DNA of 64,000 bases, taken from positions 1-64,000 of the IMG/VR virus record IMGVR_UViG_3300035703_000008. The stretch is one strand, 5' to 3'. A program made the position numbers and the translations under genes. This document shows, one piece after another, positions 29,766-38,826 of the stretch. Under the pieces are notes generated by a model that did not search any database, was not told the origin of the DNA, and saw only the letters and a list, made by a program, of their open reading frames with translations. How positions within the stretch are numbered: the first letter of the stretch is position 1; every line of letters begins with the position of its first letter.

Positions 29766-30467
29766 ATGGAAAAACAAACCAAGTACCTCAGCGATGCCAT
29801 CCGTGATCGCATGCAGAGCACCAGCAAGCGATTTTGGGCCAGCGACAACATCAGCGAATACATCGCACCAAGCGACAAAGAACATCTGATCAACGAGGCC
29901 ACCGAAGCCTTTGAATTGGTCTTGGACCGACTGCTCATTGACAGGAAAACCGATCCCAACAGTCGGGGCACAGCACGACGATTGGCCAAGATGTATTTCA
30001 ACGAAATCATGGCCGGTAGGTATGATGCTGCGCCCGACTGCACCGCTTTCCCCAATGATTCCGAGGATCGCTACGAAGGCATGTTGGTGGTGCGGAGCGA
30101 AATCCGCAGCATGTGCAGCCATCATCACCAACCTGTGGTGGGTGTGGCTTATATTGGTATCTTGGCTGCAGAAAAACTGATTGGACTTAGCAAGTATACC
30201 CGCATCGCTCAGTGGTGCAGCCGGCGTGGTACGCTGCAGGAAGAACTCTGCAACGACATCGCGCGGGAAATCATGCGGGCAACTGATTCAAAAGATGTGG
30301 GCGTGTATATCCAAGCTACGCATGGCTGTTGCGAGAATCGTGGCATCATGGCGCATAGTTCCTTGACCCAGACCACGGTTTTGCACGGTGCTTTCAAGAC
30401 CGATCCGGCAGTGAAGAAAGAGTTCATCGACAACATCAAGCTACAACAAGACTTTGCACCTAGGTAA
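29766..30467 (+). CDS. folE: GTP cyclohydrolase I
   Basis: SMCSHHH, GLSKY.R, LQEE, HGCCENRG. Confidence 0.95.
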   Translation: MEKQTKYLSDAIRDRMQSTSKRFWASDNISEYIAPSDKEHLINEATEAFELVLDRLLIDRKTDPNSRGTARRLAKMYFNEIMAGRYDAAPDCTAFPNDSEDRYEGMLVVRSEIRSMCSHHHQPVVGVAYIGILAAEKLIGLSKYTRIAQWCSRRGTLQEELCNDIAREIMRATDSKDVGVYIQATHGCCENRGIMAHSSLTQTTVLHGAFKTDPAVKKEFIDNIKLQQDFAPR

Positions 30468-30474
30468 CATGCGG

Positions 30475-30503
30475 TTGACCTAAAATTCCCCAGATCGTAT
30501 AAT
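30475..30503 (+). promoter_or_regulatory. sigma70-type promoter
   Basis: TTGACC-17-TATAAT. Confidence 0.8.
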
Positions 30504-30536
30504 ACAAACATCTTATTACCTTCTGGGGATATGCAC

Positions 30537-32015
30537 ATGAAAACCAAATTGGCATTGGCTGTTTCTTCGTTGTTTGTACTGTATGGTTGCGGTGGCGGGG
30601 AATCAACCACCCCTTTGAGTCAGGCATCAACTCCATCGACTGCGGCCGCAAATGAGATCTCAACTCAGGCCAGTCCGATTTTCTCTCGAGCTGGGCTACA
30701 AAAAAGCTATGTGAGTCAAACCCACTTCGACCTCGATTCTACTGCTTACAGTCATGTGGTATTTTACGGAACCATCATCGATGACATTGATCGCGACGGA
30801 GAAATTGACATCGTATCCTTTCCCAGCAACGGATGGGGCGGAGCACCAATGCAGCCCATCGTTTGGCGTAATCAAGGCGGCAAGTTTGTGTCATCGCTGT
30901 GGCTGATCAAAAATTCAGAAAAAAATGAATTTGTGCGTGAACTGGTATCAGCTGACTTCAACAACGACGGTATAACCGATCATATGGTCATCGACGTCGG
31001 ACACGAACACGAAACTGGATCGCCTTCGTTGGGCGGTATCCCTTTCATGCTCGAAGGATCAGCCAATGGACTGGTACATCGAGCCGCTGATAAATGGCTG
31101 TCGGCTCCCAATGGTGGGCGAGCATTCAACCATATATCTGCGCACATGGACTTTGACAACGACGGCGATGTTGATGTGGCCATTGCTACCATCAATCATC
31201 GTGGGCACAAATTCCGTATCTACGAAAACCTCGGCAACTTCCAGTTCAAGCACCGCCCAGATCTCGTGCCCGAATCAGCTGATGCGGCATCTGGTACTGG
31301 ATTTGTTAAAACCAAAAACGGTCCAATCCTAGTGGCTGGATTTTATCGTACATGGTCGCGAGACAATCCGGCGCCGCCACCGCGTGTCTACTCCTATACC
31401 GGAGGCAAGTTTATAGAAAGTTACAGCCTTGCTAAACCCAATCTAGGTGGCCGAGAAATCAACTACGGTGCCAGTGACATGTTCAACTTGGATGTCAACG
31501 GCGACGGTCTCGAGGACCTCCTGATCACCTGGGAAACCAACAGCTTCGATGGCATCGACGATGGCTCTAGTTTCATGGGCAGGAGCCATATGATTCCCAG
31601 ATACAAAGATATCAGCAACAGTGTCATGACTGTCTGGTTGCAAGATCAAAACGGAAAACTCATCTCTGATCCCAACGGCGTGGTCTATAATCTTTCAAAG
31701 GCATCTGCAGGAGGGCCTTTGAAGTTTGCTGATTTCAATGGCGATGGCGTACTAGACTTTTATCAGCTGGCCTATGATGTATTACCACGCGATTTTGATT
31801 CCATGGTATGGATCAACGACGGTCGTGGGCGATTCTCTAACCCGCAAGGGCAATTCAAAATTGATCCCGCCGATGACACCAACAAGCATCTTATTCCATT
31901 CTTTTTTGATGCCAATCGCGACGGCAAGATCGATGTGGTAGCCATCGAGCCGATATTTGAACAGCCGCCGACCAAGACCATTGGGCAGGCAGTGCGTGTT
32001 TTCTTGTCTCATTAA
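30537..32015 (+). CDS. lipoprotein with FG-GAP/VCBS beta-propeller repeats
   Basis: Signal peptide with lipobox LYGC; six D(I/F/V/A)(D/N).DG..D repeats. Confidence 0.85.
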   Translation: MKTKLALAVSSLFVLYGCGGGESTTPLSQASTPSTAAANEISTQASPIFSRAGLQKSYVSQTHFDLDSTAYSHVVFYGTIIDDIDRDGEIDIVSFPSNGWGGAPMQPIVWRNQGGKFVSSLWLIKNSEKNEFVRELVSADFNNDGITDHMVIDVGHEHETGSPSLGGIPFMLEGSANGLVHRAADKWLSAPNGGRAFNHISAHMDFDNDGDVDVAIATINHRGHKFRIYENLGNFQFKHRPDLVPESADAASGTGFVKTKNGPILVAGFYRTWSRDNPAPPPRVYSYTGGKFIESYSLAKPNLGGREINYGASDMFNLDVNGDGLEDLLITWETNSFDGIDDGSSFMGRSHMIPRYKDISNSVMTVWLQDQNGKLISDPNGVVYNLSKASAGGPLKFADFNGDGVLDFYQLAYDVLPRDFDSMVWINDGRGRFSNPQGQFKIDPADDTNKHLIPFFFDANRDGKIDVVAIEPIFEQPPTKTIGQAVRVFLSH

Positions 32016-32035
32016 ATCCCAAGATAAATATGTAT

Positions 32036-32079
32036 AGTGGACTTTGGCGCTCATCCCACTTTAAAAATTCTGCGTGTCA
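32036..32079 (+). promoter_or_regulatory. preQ1-I-like riboswitch candidate upstream of queD
   Basis: AGTGG/CCACT stem, loop ending CATC, A-rich tail TTAAAAA, possible pseudoknot TGGCGC/GTGTCA. Confidence 0.45.
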
Positions 32080-32112
32080 TCAAACTTGCTCACTCAATAA
32101 AGGAGACTAGTG

Positions 32113-32616
32113 ATGGCAAATCAACCCCGTACCTACCGGTACACATCCACCAAAGAGTATCACGACGCTTTTCCCTGTGCCTATCGTCAATGGCGCGCGG
32201 ACAGTCATTGCAACTTGATACATGGCTACAGTTTTAGCATGAAGTTCTATTTTGGCACTGACGATCTCGATGTGCGTAACTGGTCCGCAGACTATGGTGG
32301 TCTCAAAGAACTCAAACACACCCTGGAAGATCAGTTTGATCATACCTTGCTGGTAGCACAGGATGATCCTGAACTGGCCACTTTCCAGCTTTTGCAGGAA
32401 CGCAACCTGGCCAAGCTCACTGTGCTGCCACGCCTGGGCTGCGAAGGTCTGGCAGACATGCTGTACAAATATGTCAACGGTGTTTATATCCCCGATATGT
32501 GGGGACCTGGTGAAGCCGAAAGGCTTTGGTGCTATCGTGTCGAAGTGCGAGAGACACAGGCAAACATGGCTTTCCGCGAAGGCCATAGAGAATGGAACGA
32601 AGATCTTTTCCAATGA
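32113..32616 (+). CDS. queD: 6-carboxy-5,6,7,8-tetrahydropterin synthase
   Basis: CNLIHGYS, DYGGLK, FDH, GCEGLA, VRET. Confidence 0.85.
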   Translation: MANQPRTYRYTSTKEYHDAFPCAYRQWRADSHCNLIHGYSFSMKFYFGTDDLDVRNWSADYGGLKELKHTLEDQFDHTLLVAQDDPELATFQLLQERNLAKLTVLPRLGCEGLADMLYKYVNGVYIPDMWGPGEAERLWCYRVEVRETQANMAFREGHREWNEDLFQ

Positions 32617-33437
32617 CCCAATCAATCCCACCCATCAGTATATTGCTGCCCACCCGTGGCAGGACCACACAGCTAGAACGCAGTGTGATGAGCTTGATCA
32701 ACCTCGCCGACGACCCCACTGGAATACAGTGGTTGCTTGGGTTCGACACCGACGATCAGCCCAGTTTTGACTACTTCCAGACCAATGTCGCATCTCGTAT
32801 ATCTGAGTCGGGCGGTCGATACACCTGCCTGGGCTTTGAACCCCTGGGCTATCATCGCCTCAATGAGTATGTGAATCGCCTAGCACATGCCAGCACCGGT
32901 GAATGGATGGTGTTCTGGAACGACGATGCTGTGATGCAGACACAAGGCTGGGACACAGTGATCGCCAGCCATACCGGACGTTTTTGCCTGCAGGCCTTCG
33001 ACACACACAAAAAACACCCTTACTCGATCTTCCCTATCGTGCCAAGGAAGTGGCTGGAAATCATCGGACACCTCAGCCTACATCAGCTCAATGATGCTTG
33101 GTTGAGCCAGATCGCTTGGTTGTTGGACATCATGGTCAGGATCGATGTGGTGGTAGATCATGAGAGGTACGATCTCACTGGCAAGAACAACGACGACACA
33201 TTCAAGCAACGCCAGATATTCGAAGGGAATCCCAGCGATCCCAGGGATTTCAATCACGAAACTTTCCGAAAAACACGCATACACGAAGCCGGTCGTATCG
33301 CATACTATCTACACAATCAAGGCTATGATCTCACGCACTGGGAAGAAGTAGTCACTGGACGCCGTGATCCCTGGGCCAAGATGCTGGAGGCCGATGTCAA
33401 TGGTCAAATGACCAAACTGGATATACCTAAAAAATGA
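32613..33437 (+). CDS. GT-A (family 2-like) glycosyltransferase
   Basis: ISILLPTRGR, DTDD, WNDD. Confidence 0.8.
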   Translation: MTQSIPPISILLPTRGRTTQLERSVMSLINLADDPTGIQWLLGFDTDDQPSFDYFQTNVASRISESGGRYTCLGFEPLGYHRLNEYVNRLAHASTGEWMVFWNDDAVMQTQGWDTVIASHTGRFCLQAFDTHKKHPYSIFPIVPRKWLEIIGHLSLHQLNDAWLSQIAWLLDIMVRIDVVVDHERYDLTGKNNDDTFKQRQIFEGNPSDPRDFNHETFRKTRIHEAGRIAYYLHNQGYDLTHWEEVVTGRRDPWAKMLEADVNGQMTKLDIPKK

Positions 33438-34168
33438 ATCTGCAACGATATCTCTACGACGTGGCCAATGCCCGCAGACAAGAGCTGATACCTTTTGTTT
33501 ACTATCACACCAAGGGGCAGGTGCAGACCGGTCCCTTTGCCGGCATGACTATCGTGCCCAATTTCATGTGGGGCGATGCCGATGTATGCGGCAAACTCTT
33601 GGGAGTCTACGAAGACGAGTTGCATGCCAATATAGAGCGTGCCATCGAGCTTGATCCTGATCTAGTGATCAATGTGGGCAGTGCCGAAGGCTACTATGCT
33701 GTGGGTATGGCGCGTAGATGCTCACAGGCTCGCGTGATCTCTGCCGACCTCGAATCAGCGGCACAGCAGATATCAGTGTTGAATGCCGGGGTCAATGGTG
33801 TCACCAATCTCGTACCACACGGTGGTGTGGATCCCGTGATGCTGAGCCAGCTTTTGGTGGAAGGTCAACGACCCCTGATCATCAGCGATTGTGAGGGCTA
33901 TGAAAACGTGTTGCTAGATCCAGCCACTGTGCCCGACTTGGATCGATGCATGATCCTGGTGGAAACACACGATTGCCTGGATGCCGGTATCACCGATCGC
34001 ATCGCCCAGCGATTCTCGGGCACACATCACATCACTCGCATCGAGCAGCAGGGCAAAGATCCCTATCGGTTTGAGTTCCTGCGCACTGTTAGTGACTGTG
34101 ACAAGTGGTGTTTGGTTCACGAAGGCCGGCCCGAGACCGGATATTGGCTATGGATGGAGCCTGTATGA
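33434..34168 (+). CDS. FkbM-like methyltransferase
   Basis: INVGSAEGYY, SDCEGYE, LVETH. Confidence 0.75.
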   Translation: MNLQRYLYDVANARRQELIPFVYYHTKGQVQTGPFAGMTIVPNFMWGDADVCGKLLGVYEDELHANIERAIELDPDLVINVGSAEGYYAVGMARRCSQARVISADLESAAQQISVLNAGVNGVTNLVPHGGVDPVMLSQLLVEGQRPLIISDCEGYENVLLDPATVPDLDRCMILVETHDCLDAGITDRIAQRFSGTHHITRIEQQGKDPYRFEFLRTVSDCDKWCLVHEGRPETGYWLWMEPV

Positions 34169-34884
34169 AAATCAAAAATTATCTAGTAAAAAGTCTGTAT
34201 CGGGTACGAGACCCCAATTGGCTGGTGCACGATCGAGGCCACGAAACCGATCTCTACGAACGCTATCTCGACATGCATCGTGTCAGTGTTGCCAGCTTCA
34301 AGAAGCACTTATTGGGTGACTGGGAGCTGAAATTTTTCACCGGCGAAGTTGATTCCATCAACCAGGCCTTTGAACAGACATTCTGGCGCATACATGAACT
34401 CTGGCACAACGAACCCTGTAACATACTCTACGCCGACCCCGACACTGTGGCCAGGAATGGCCTAGACCCTTGGAATCTAGATGGGTTCCGCATGTTCAAC
34501 TTCACAGACCCACGCAGTTTTGAAAAAGAAAATCCCTACGGTGCCAAGTTTAAATGGTTTTTCAATGCCGGTGTGAGATACTTCTCACATACCATGGATG
34601 AAAAAGTCTGGCAGGTGGGCACAGACATAGCTCGCAACTGGGATCACACTACCTATGACACCGAGCAGATCATACTCAATTCCATGCTGTGGAGCCAGAA
34701 AGTGCGGTTGGATCAAGTCCTGATGCCGCGAGTGGCCTATCAGGCCATGAGCCTGGACCAACGTCCCGTTTGGTGGCACGATGTCTGGAACGGATGCTCG
34801 CTCAATCAGGCCGCTGTGATCCACGTGCATGGCAGCAGGAATGCTCAGTCTAGGCTAGAGCTTATGAAGCAGTTGACCAACTAG
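34165..34884 (+). CDS. nucleotide-diphospho-sugar transferase (GT-A)
   Basis: YADPD, FNAGV, EQ.ILN, IHVHG. Confidence 0.7.
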   Translation: MKIKNYLVKSLYRVRDPNWLVHDRGHETDLYERYLDMHRVSVASFKKHLLGDWELKFFTGEVDSINQAFEQTFWRIHELWHNEPCNILYADPDTVARNGLDPWNLDGFRMFNFTDPRSFEKENPYGAKFKWFFNAGVRYFSHTMDEKVWQVGTDIARNWDHTTYDTEQIILNSMLWSQKVRLDQVLMPRVAYQAMSLDQRPVWWHDVWNGCSLNQAAVIHVHGSRNAQSRLELMKQLTN

Positions 34885-34893
34885 GAAAATATC

Positions 34894-35199
34894 ATGACCA
34901 ACGAAAACATCACCACTGATCCTGAATGGGATAAACTACTGTCACAAGTGAAATCGGCCATTTCCGACTATGAGCAATGCATAGCCGATGGTCGTGAGTG
35001 GGCCGACCCTTTCGCACAGACCAAATCTGAAAAAAAGCCAGCTGCACGCAAGACCAAAAAATCTGCTCGATTTGATCAAGACACCTTGTTGTCCATGACC
35101 AAAGAACAGCTCGAACAACTGGGACGTGAACACGGCATCGAACTGGATCGCCGTCGGCGCAAGCAAGATCTCGTGGATCAACTCATGACCGCAAAATGA
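34894..35199 (+). CDS. protein with C-terminal Rho-N/HeH-like domain
   Basis: MTKEQLEQLGREHGIELDRRRRKQDLV. Confidence 0.6.
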   Translation: MTNENITTDPEWDKLLSQVKSAISDYEQCIADGREWADPFAQTKSEKKPAARKTKKSARFDQDTLLSMTKEQLEQLGREHGIELDRRRRKQDLVDQLMTAK

Positions 35200-35810
35200 A
35201 CGATACCGAAAAAATATTCACAGACATCATACAAAAACATCGATGGCGTGACCATGTTTGTGGTACTGGCAGTACCATGTCCAACACCGAAAACATCCGT
35301 CGAGAACTGCCAGTGATCGTTGCGAAATTAGGGTGCACCAGCCTTTTAGATGCGCCCTGCGGCGACTACAGCTGGATGAGTCAAGTGGAATGGCCCAAGG
35401 GATTCCAATACATCGGTGCCGACATCGTGGCTCCCATGATCGATCGATTGAAAACACAATGGCCAGATCGAGATTTTCGACACATCAACATCATCACAGA
35501 TACACTGCCCAAAACGGACGTCATGCTGTGTCGAGATTGCCTGATCCACTTGCCCTGGGCCGACATCCGGCGAGTGATACAAAATGTGGTAGATTCGGGC
35601 ATTGGATATCTGGCTACCACTTCCTACTCGCGTGGTGAACAAAACGACATCGGCATGGGCGGGTGTCATCACATCAATCTCCAGGCCAAACCCGCTTGCT
35701 TTCCCGAGCCGTTGCATGCTATACTAGATCAAGGACACCAGATCCTAGAACATCACATCATGTTCTGGAGTCGAGATCAACTCATAACAGTATTGGAGAA
35801 TTGGCATTGA
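35196..35810 (+). CDS. class I SAM methyltransferase
   Basis: GTGS, LDAPCGD, GADIV, RDCLIH. Confidence 0.8.
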   Translation: MNDTEKIFTDIIQKHRWRDHVCGTGSTMSNTENIRRELPVIVAKLGCTSLLDAPCGDYSWMSQVEWPKGFQYIGADIVAPMIDRLKTQWPDRDFRHINIITDTLPKTDVMLCRDCLIHLPWADIRRVIQNVVDSGIGYLATTSYSRGEQNDIGMGGCHHINLQAKPACFPEPLHAILDQGHQILEHHIMFWSRDQLITVLENWH

Positions 35811-36319
35811 AAAAGAACTGCTTGGACTGGCAGCAAACACAAGCTCTGACCCAGGAGATCTTGCGGCAGATGCACCGTGACTCCTGGCAACCCGACTATG
35901 TGGTAGGACTCACCCGAGGCGGACTTGTCCCAGCAGTGATGATCAGCCAATATCTCGATTGTCCCATGCATGCCCTGGGCGTGAGTCTCAGAGACAATGC
36001 AGACAACGGTTGTGAAAGCAATCTCTGGATGGCCGAAGATGCCCATGCTGGAAAGAAGATCCTTGTCGTGGACGACATCAACGACACTGGAGCCACGCTG
36101 GACTGGATCATGCAGGATTGGTCAGCGGGATGCTTGCCCCATGACACGAGATGGGATTCAGTATGGAACCATAATGTGAGATTCGCTGTGCTGGTAGACA
36201 ATCTCGCCAGCCAGTGCAGTCGTGGCATGGACTACTTTGGCCAAGAAATCAACAAAGCCGAGGATCCGCAATGGGTGGTATTTCCCTGGGAATCCTGGTG
36301 GAAAGGACAACAGTCATGA
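35807..36319 (+). CDS. type I phosphoribosyltransferase (Gpt-like)
   Basis: GLTRGGLVPA, VVDDINDTGAT, WVVFPWE. Confidence 0.9.
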   Translation: MKKNCLDWQQTQALTQEILRQMHRDSWQPDYVVGLTRGGLVPAVMISQYLDCPMHALGVSLRDNADNGCESNLWMAEDAHAGKKILVVDDINDTGATLDWIMQDWSAGCLPHDTRWDSVWNHNVRFAVLVDNLASQCSRGMDYFGQEINKAEDPQWVVFPWESWWKGQQS

Positions 36320-36687
36320 GCGATGTATTCAGTGACCAGCGTAAATTCATGCAGGCTTGCGGTCAGACCACAGGCTATTTCAATCAAGATCAGTTTGATC
36401 TTTATCTCAGACTCATCGACGAGGAAGTCGAGGAACTCAAAGAAGCCAACCGCCTCGGGGATCGCGTGGAGTGTCTAGATGCCCTAGTCGACATCATGGT
36501 TGTCACTGCTGGTGCCTTGCACAGTCTGGGTGTGGATGCTGACGGCGCCTGGAAAGAAGTCATGCGTAGCAACTTTGACAAAGTAGATCCCAGGACTGGT
36601 CGTGTAAACAAAAGAGAAGATGGGAAAGTCCTCAAACCTGACAACTGGGAACCTCCCCGTTTGGCGCCTTTCGTGAGATCGGAATGA
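36316..36687 (+). CDS. MazG/HisE-like all-alpha NTP pyrophosphohydrolase
   Basis: LIDEEVEEL, DALVD, EV.RSN..K, REDGKVLKP. Confidence 0.85.
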   Translation: MSDVFSDQRKFMQACGQTTGYFNQDQFDLYLRLIDEEVEELKEANRLGDRVECLDALVDIMVVTAGALHSLGVDADGAWKEVMRSNFDKVDPRTGRVNKREDGKVLKPDNWEPPRLAPFVRSE

Positions 36688-37193
36688 TCCAACCCTTGCG
36701 TGATGACCTCATGGTGCAGCAACAACTGCCGGCGGGCTATACCCACAAGGGTGCCTGGCAGCACATGGTGGCTGTGATCATGTTGAATCAGACTGGTCGC
36801 CGACCTGTGAAAACTGTGTTCCCCGTATTCATCAATCGTTGGCCAGGTCCCGTGGAGTTCTTGCATGCCGATTGCGACAATGTGCGTGATGTGATCTGGC
36901 CCTTGGGCATGGTCAATGTGCGCACCAAACGATTGCAACGGATGACCCAGGATTTTTTGAACTGGGATGGCGTAGATGCCACTGACTTGTACGGCATTGG
37001 CAAGTACGGATCAGATTCCTACGAGATCTTTTTCAAACAAAACTACGCCGTCGAACCCACAGACAAAGAACTGACACGATATCTCCGAGAGGAAATTTTC
37101 AGGAATCAACCATGGCACGATACTCAGTCTCACCACAGTACAAAAAAAGCATTGAAGAACGAGAAATCTGGCACCGCAATGGTGTTGAGCTAG
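36684..37193 (+). CDS. HhH-GPD DNA glycosylase (MBD4-like)
   Basis: IMLNQT, PLGM..VR, LYGIGKYGSDSY.IF, DKEL..Y. Confidence 0.8.
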   Translation: MIQPLRDDLMVQQQLPAGYTHKGAWQHMVAVIMLNQTGRRPVKTVFPVFINRWPGPVEFLHADCDNVRDVIWPLGMVNVRTKRLQRMTQDFLNWDGVDATDLYGIGKYGSDSYEIFFKQNYAVEPTDKELTRYLREEIFRNQPWHDTQSHHSTKKALKNEKSGTAMVLS

Positions 37194-37507
37194 TAAGGAC
37201 TCAGGGCTGGCGCGGAGGCAGCGTCTGGCTTATAACCGAAGACGACGAGCCGCTGGAAATTGATGCTGCAAATCCCGACGGCTTGCTGGTCACAGACTGC
37301 GGTTACGAATACGAACTTGACAGCTTCTGGGATGGTGTCTACGAAGACTGGGCCTGGCCTGAAGATATGAGCGAGGAAGAGCAGGAACAGATCCGGGCCG
37401 CATGGGAAGAGGACAGCTACGAAGCCTTGGAAAATCTAGGCTGGACCAATGTGGACACTGAAACCTGGTTCCATGGGCCCTTGGAGATCGTGCTCGAAGA
37501 TGAATAG
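37112..37507 (+). CDS. acidic hypothetical protein
   Basis: AGGA RBS; continuous ORF. Confidence 0.6.
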   Translation: MARYSVSPQYKKSIEEREIWHRNGVELVRTQGWRGGSVWLITEDDEPLEIDAANPDGLLVTDCGYEYELDSFWDGVYEDWAWPEDMSEEEQEQIRAAWEEDSYEALENLGWTNVDTETWFHGPLEIVLEDE

Positions 37508-37691
37508 CATCGAAAAAATCTGGGCCAGAGCTACCGGGCATGTCATGGGCGAAAACGACCACGATCGCCCCGATGTGCCCATTCTCACTTTACGCGAAGC
37601 CAGGATTGCGTTAATATTAAAAACATCCTGGGTGGTCATACATGTGATCACCTGCTTTTTTATCATGGCAAATGTGATAAGGCATTGGTAA
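37500..37691 (+). CDS. small membrane protein
   Basis: Hydrophobic C-terminal half; overlaps both neighbours. Confidence 0.6.
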   Translation: MNSIEKIWARATGHVMGENDHDRPDVPILTLREARIALILKTSWVVIHVITCFFIMANVIRHW

Positions 37692-38584
37692 TGGAAAAGA
37701 TAACATACACCGAGATTTTTTACAGCCTGCAGGGCGAAGGTCGTTGGACCGGAGTTCCTTCAGTGTTCTTTCGTACTTTTGGATGCAACTTCCGCTGCCG
37801 TAAGTTTGGACTTCCGCAGGATCAAGAAGTAGCAGGGCACAACCCCGAAGTGATCGAAGTCATACGACTGATAGAGCAAGATCCTGATCGCTATCAACGA
37901 TTCGAGGACCTGCCCTTGGTCACGACAGGTTGCGACAGCTATGCTTCGATCTATCCCGAGTTCAAGCGATTTAACGCCCAAGAAGACGTGACCACTATCG
38001 CATCTCGCATACACGACTTGATACCCAATCAAACATGGACACAGGATTCGGGCAGCGACATCCACTTGGTGATCACTGGCGGCGAGCCTTTGCTGGGCTA
38101 TCAACAGCTTTACCCTGAACTACTCGACCACTGTCGCCAGCGTGGGTTGCAAAATCTCACTTTCGAGACCAACGGTACCCAAGTGCTCTACGACCAAGTC
38201 TATGACTACCTTTTCAATGATTTTACTCGTTTAGGTCGAGATCGTGATCGTCTCACCTTCTCGGTGAGTCCCAAGTTGCCCTGTTCTGGTGAAGCCTGGG
38301 AAACTGCCATATGCCCCGACGTCGTCATGGAATACCAAGAAGTTGGTATGACCTACCTCAAGTTTGTGGTAGCCACTGATCAAGATGTAGCTTATGCTGC
38401 TGCTGCAGTGGAACTTTATCGCAGTGCTGGATTCACAGGACCGGTGTATCTTATGCCCGCCGGTGGTGTTCCGCAGATATATAATCTAAACACTCAGCAG
38501 GTAGCGTCATTGGCACTCCAGAAAGGCTGGCGATACAGTCCGCGTCTGCAAGTGGATATCTGGCGCAATGCCTGGGGCACTTGA
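37691..38584 (+). CDS. queE: 7-carboxy-7-deazaguanine synthase (radical SAM)
   Basis: EIFYSLQGEG, F.RTFGCNFRC..CDS, TGGEP, ETNGT, SPK, RLQV. Confidence 0.88.
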   Translation: MEKITYTEIFYSLQGEGRWTGVPSVFFRTFGCNFRCRKFGLPQDQEVAGHNPEVIEVIRLIEQDPDRYQRFEDLPLVTTGCDSYASIYPEFKRFNAQEDVTTIASRIHDLIPNQTWTQDSGSDIHLVITGGEPLLGYQQLYPELLDHCRQRGLQNLTFETNGTQVLYDQVYDYLFNDFTRLGRDRDRLTFSVSPKLPCSGEAWETAICPDVVMEYQEVGMTYLKFVVATDQDVAYAAAAVELYRSAGFTGPVYLMPAGGVPQIYNLNTQQVASLALQKGWRYSPRLQVDIWRNAWGT

Positions 38585-38826
38585 TGTTTGGATCCAATTA
38601 TAGATTAAGCGACGAAGAAAACGAGCCCACATGGCTGAGACGAGCATATGTGACACTGGAGTTCTGTGCTGTGCCGAGACGGTGCCATGCCACAGGCCGG
38701 TTGCTTTGGCTACGACGAGCCGTAAAAACCACAAGGATTTATACTGGTCCCGGTGAACCAGTGGAAGAATCTCGCTGGTACGATCAGCATGAATTCTTGA
38801 TGATACAACTAAAAGGAAAACGATGA
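38584..38826 (+). CDS. hypothetical protein
   Basis: Packed ORF with overlaps. Confidence 0.55.
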   Translation: MFGSNYRLSDEENEPTWLRRAYVTLEFCAVPRRCHATGRLLWLRRAVKTTRIYTGPGEPVEESRWYDQHEFLMIQLKGKR

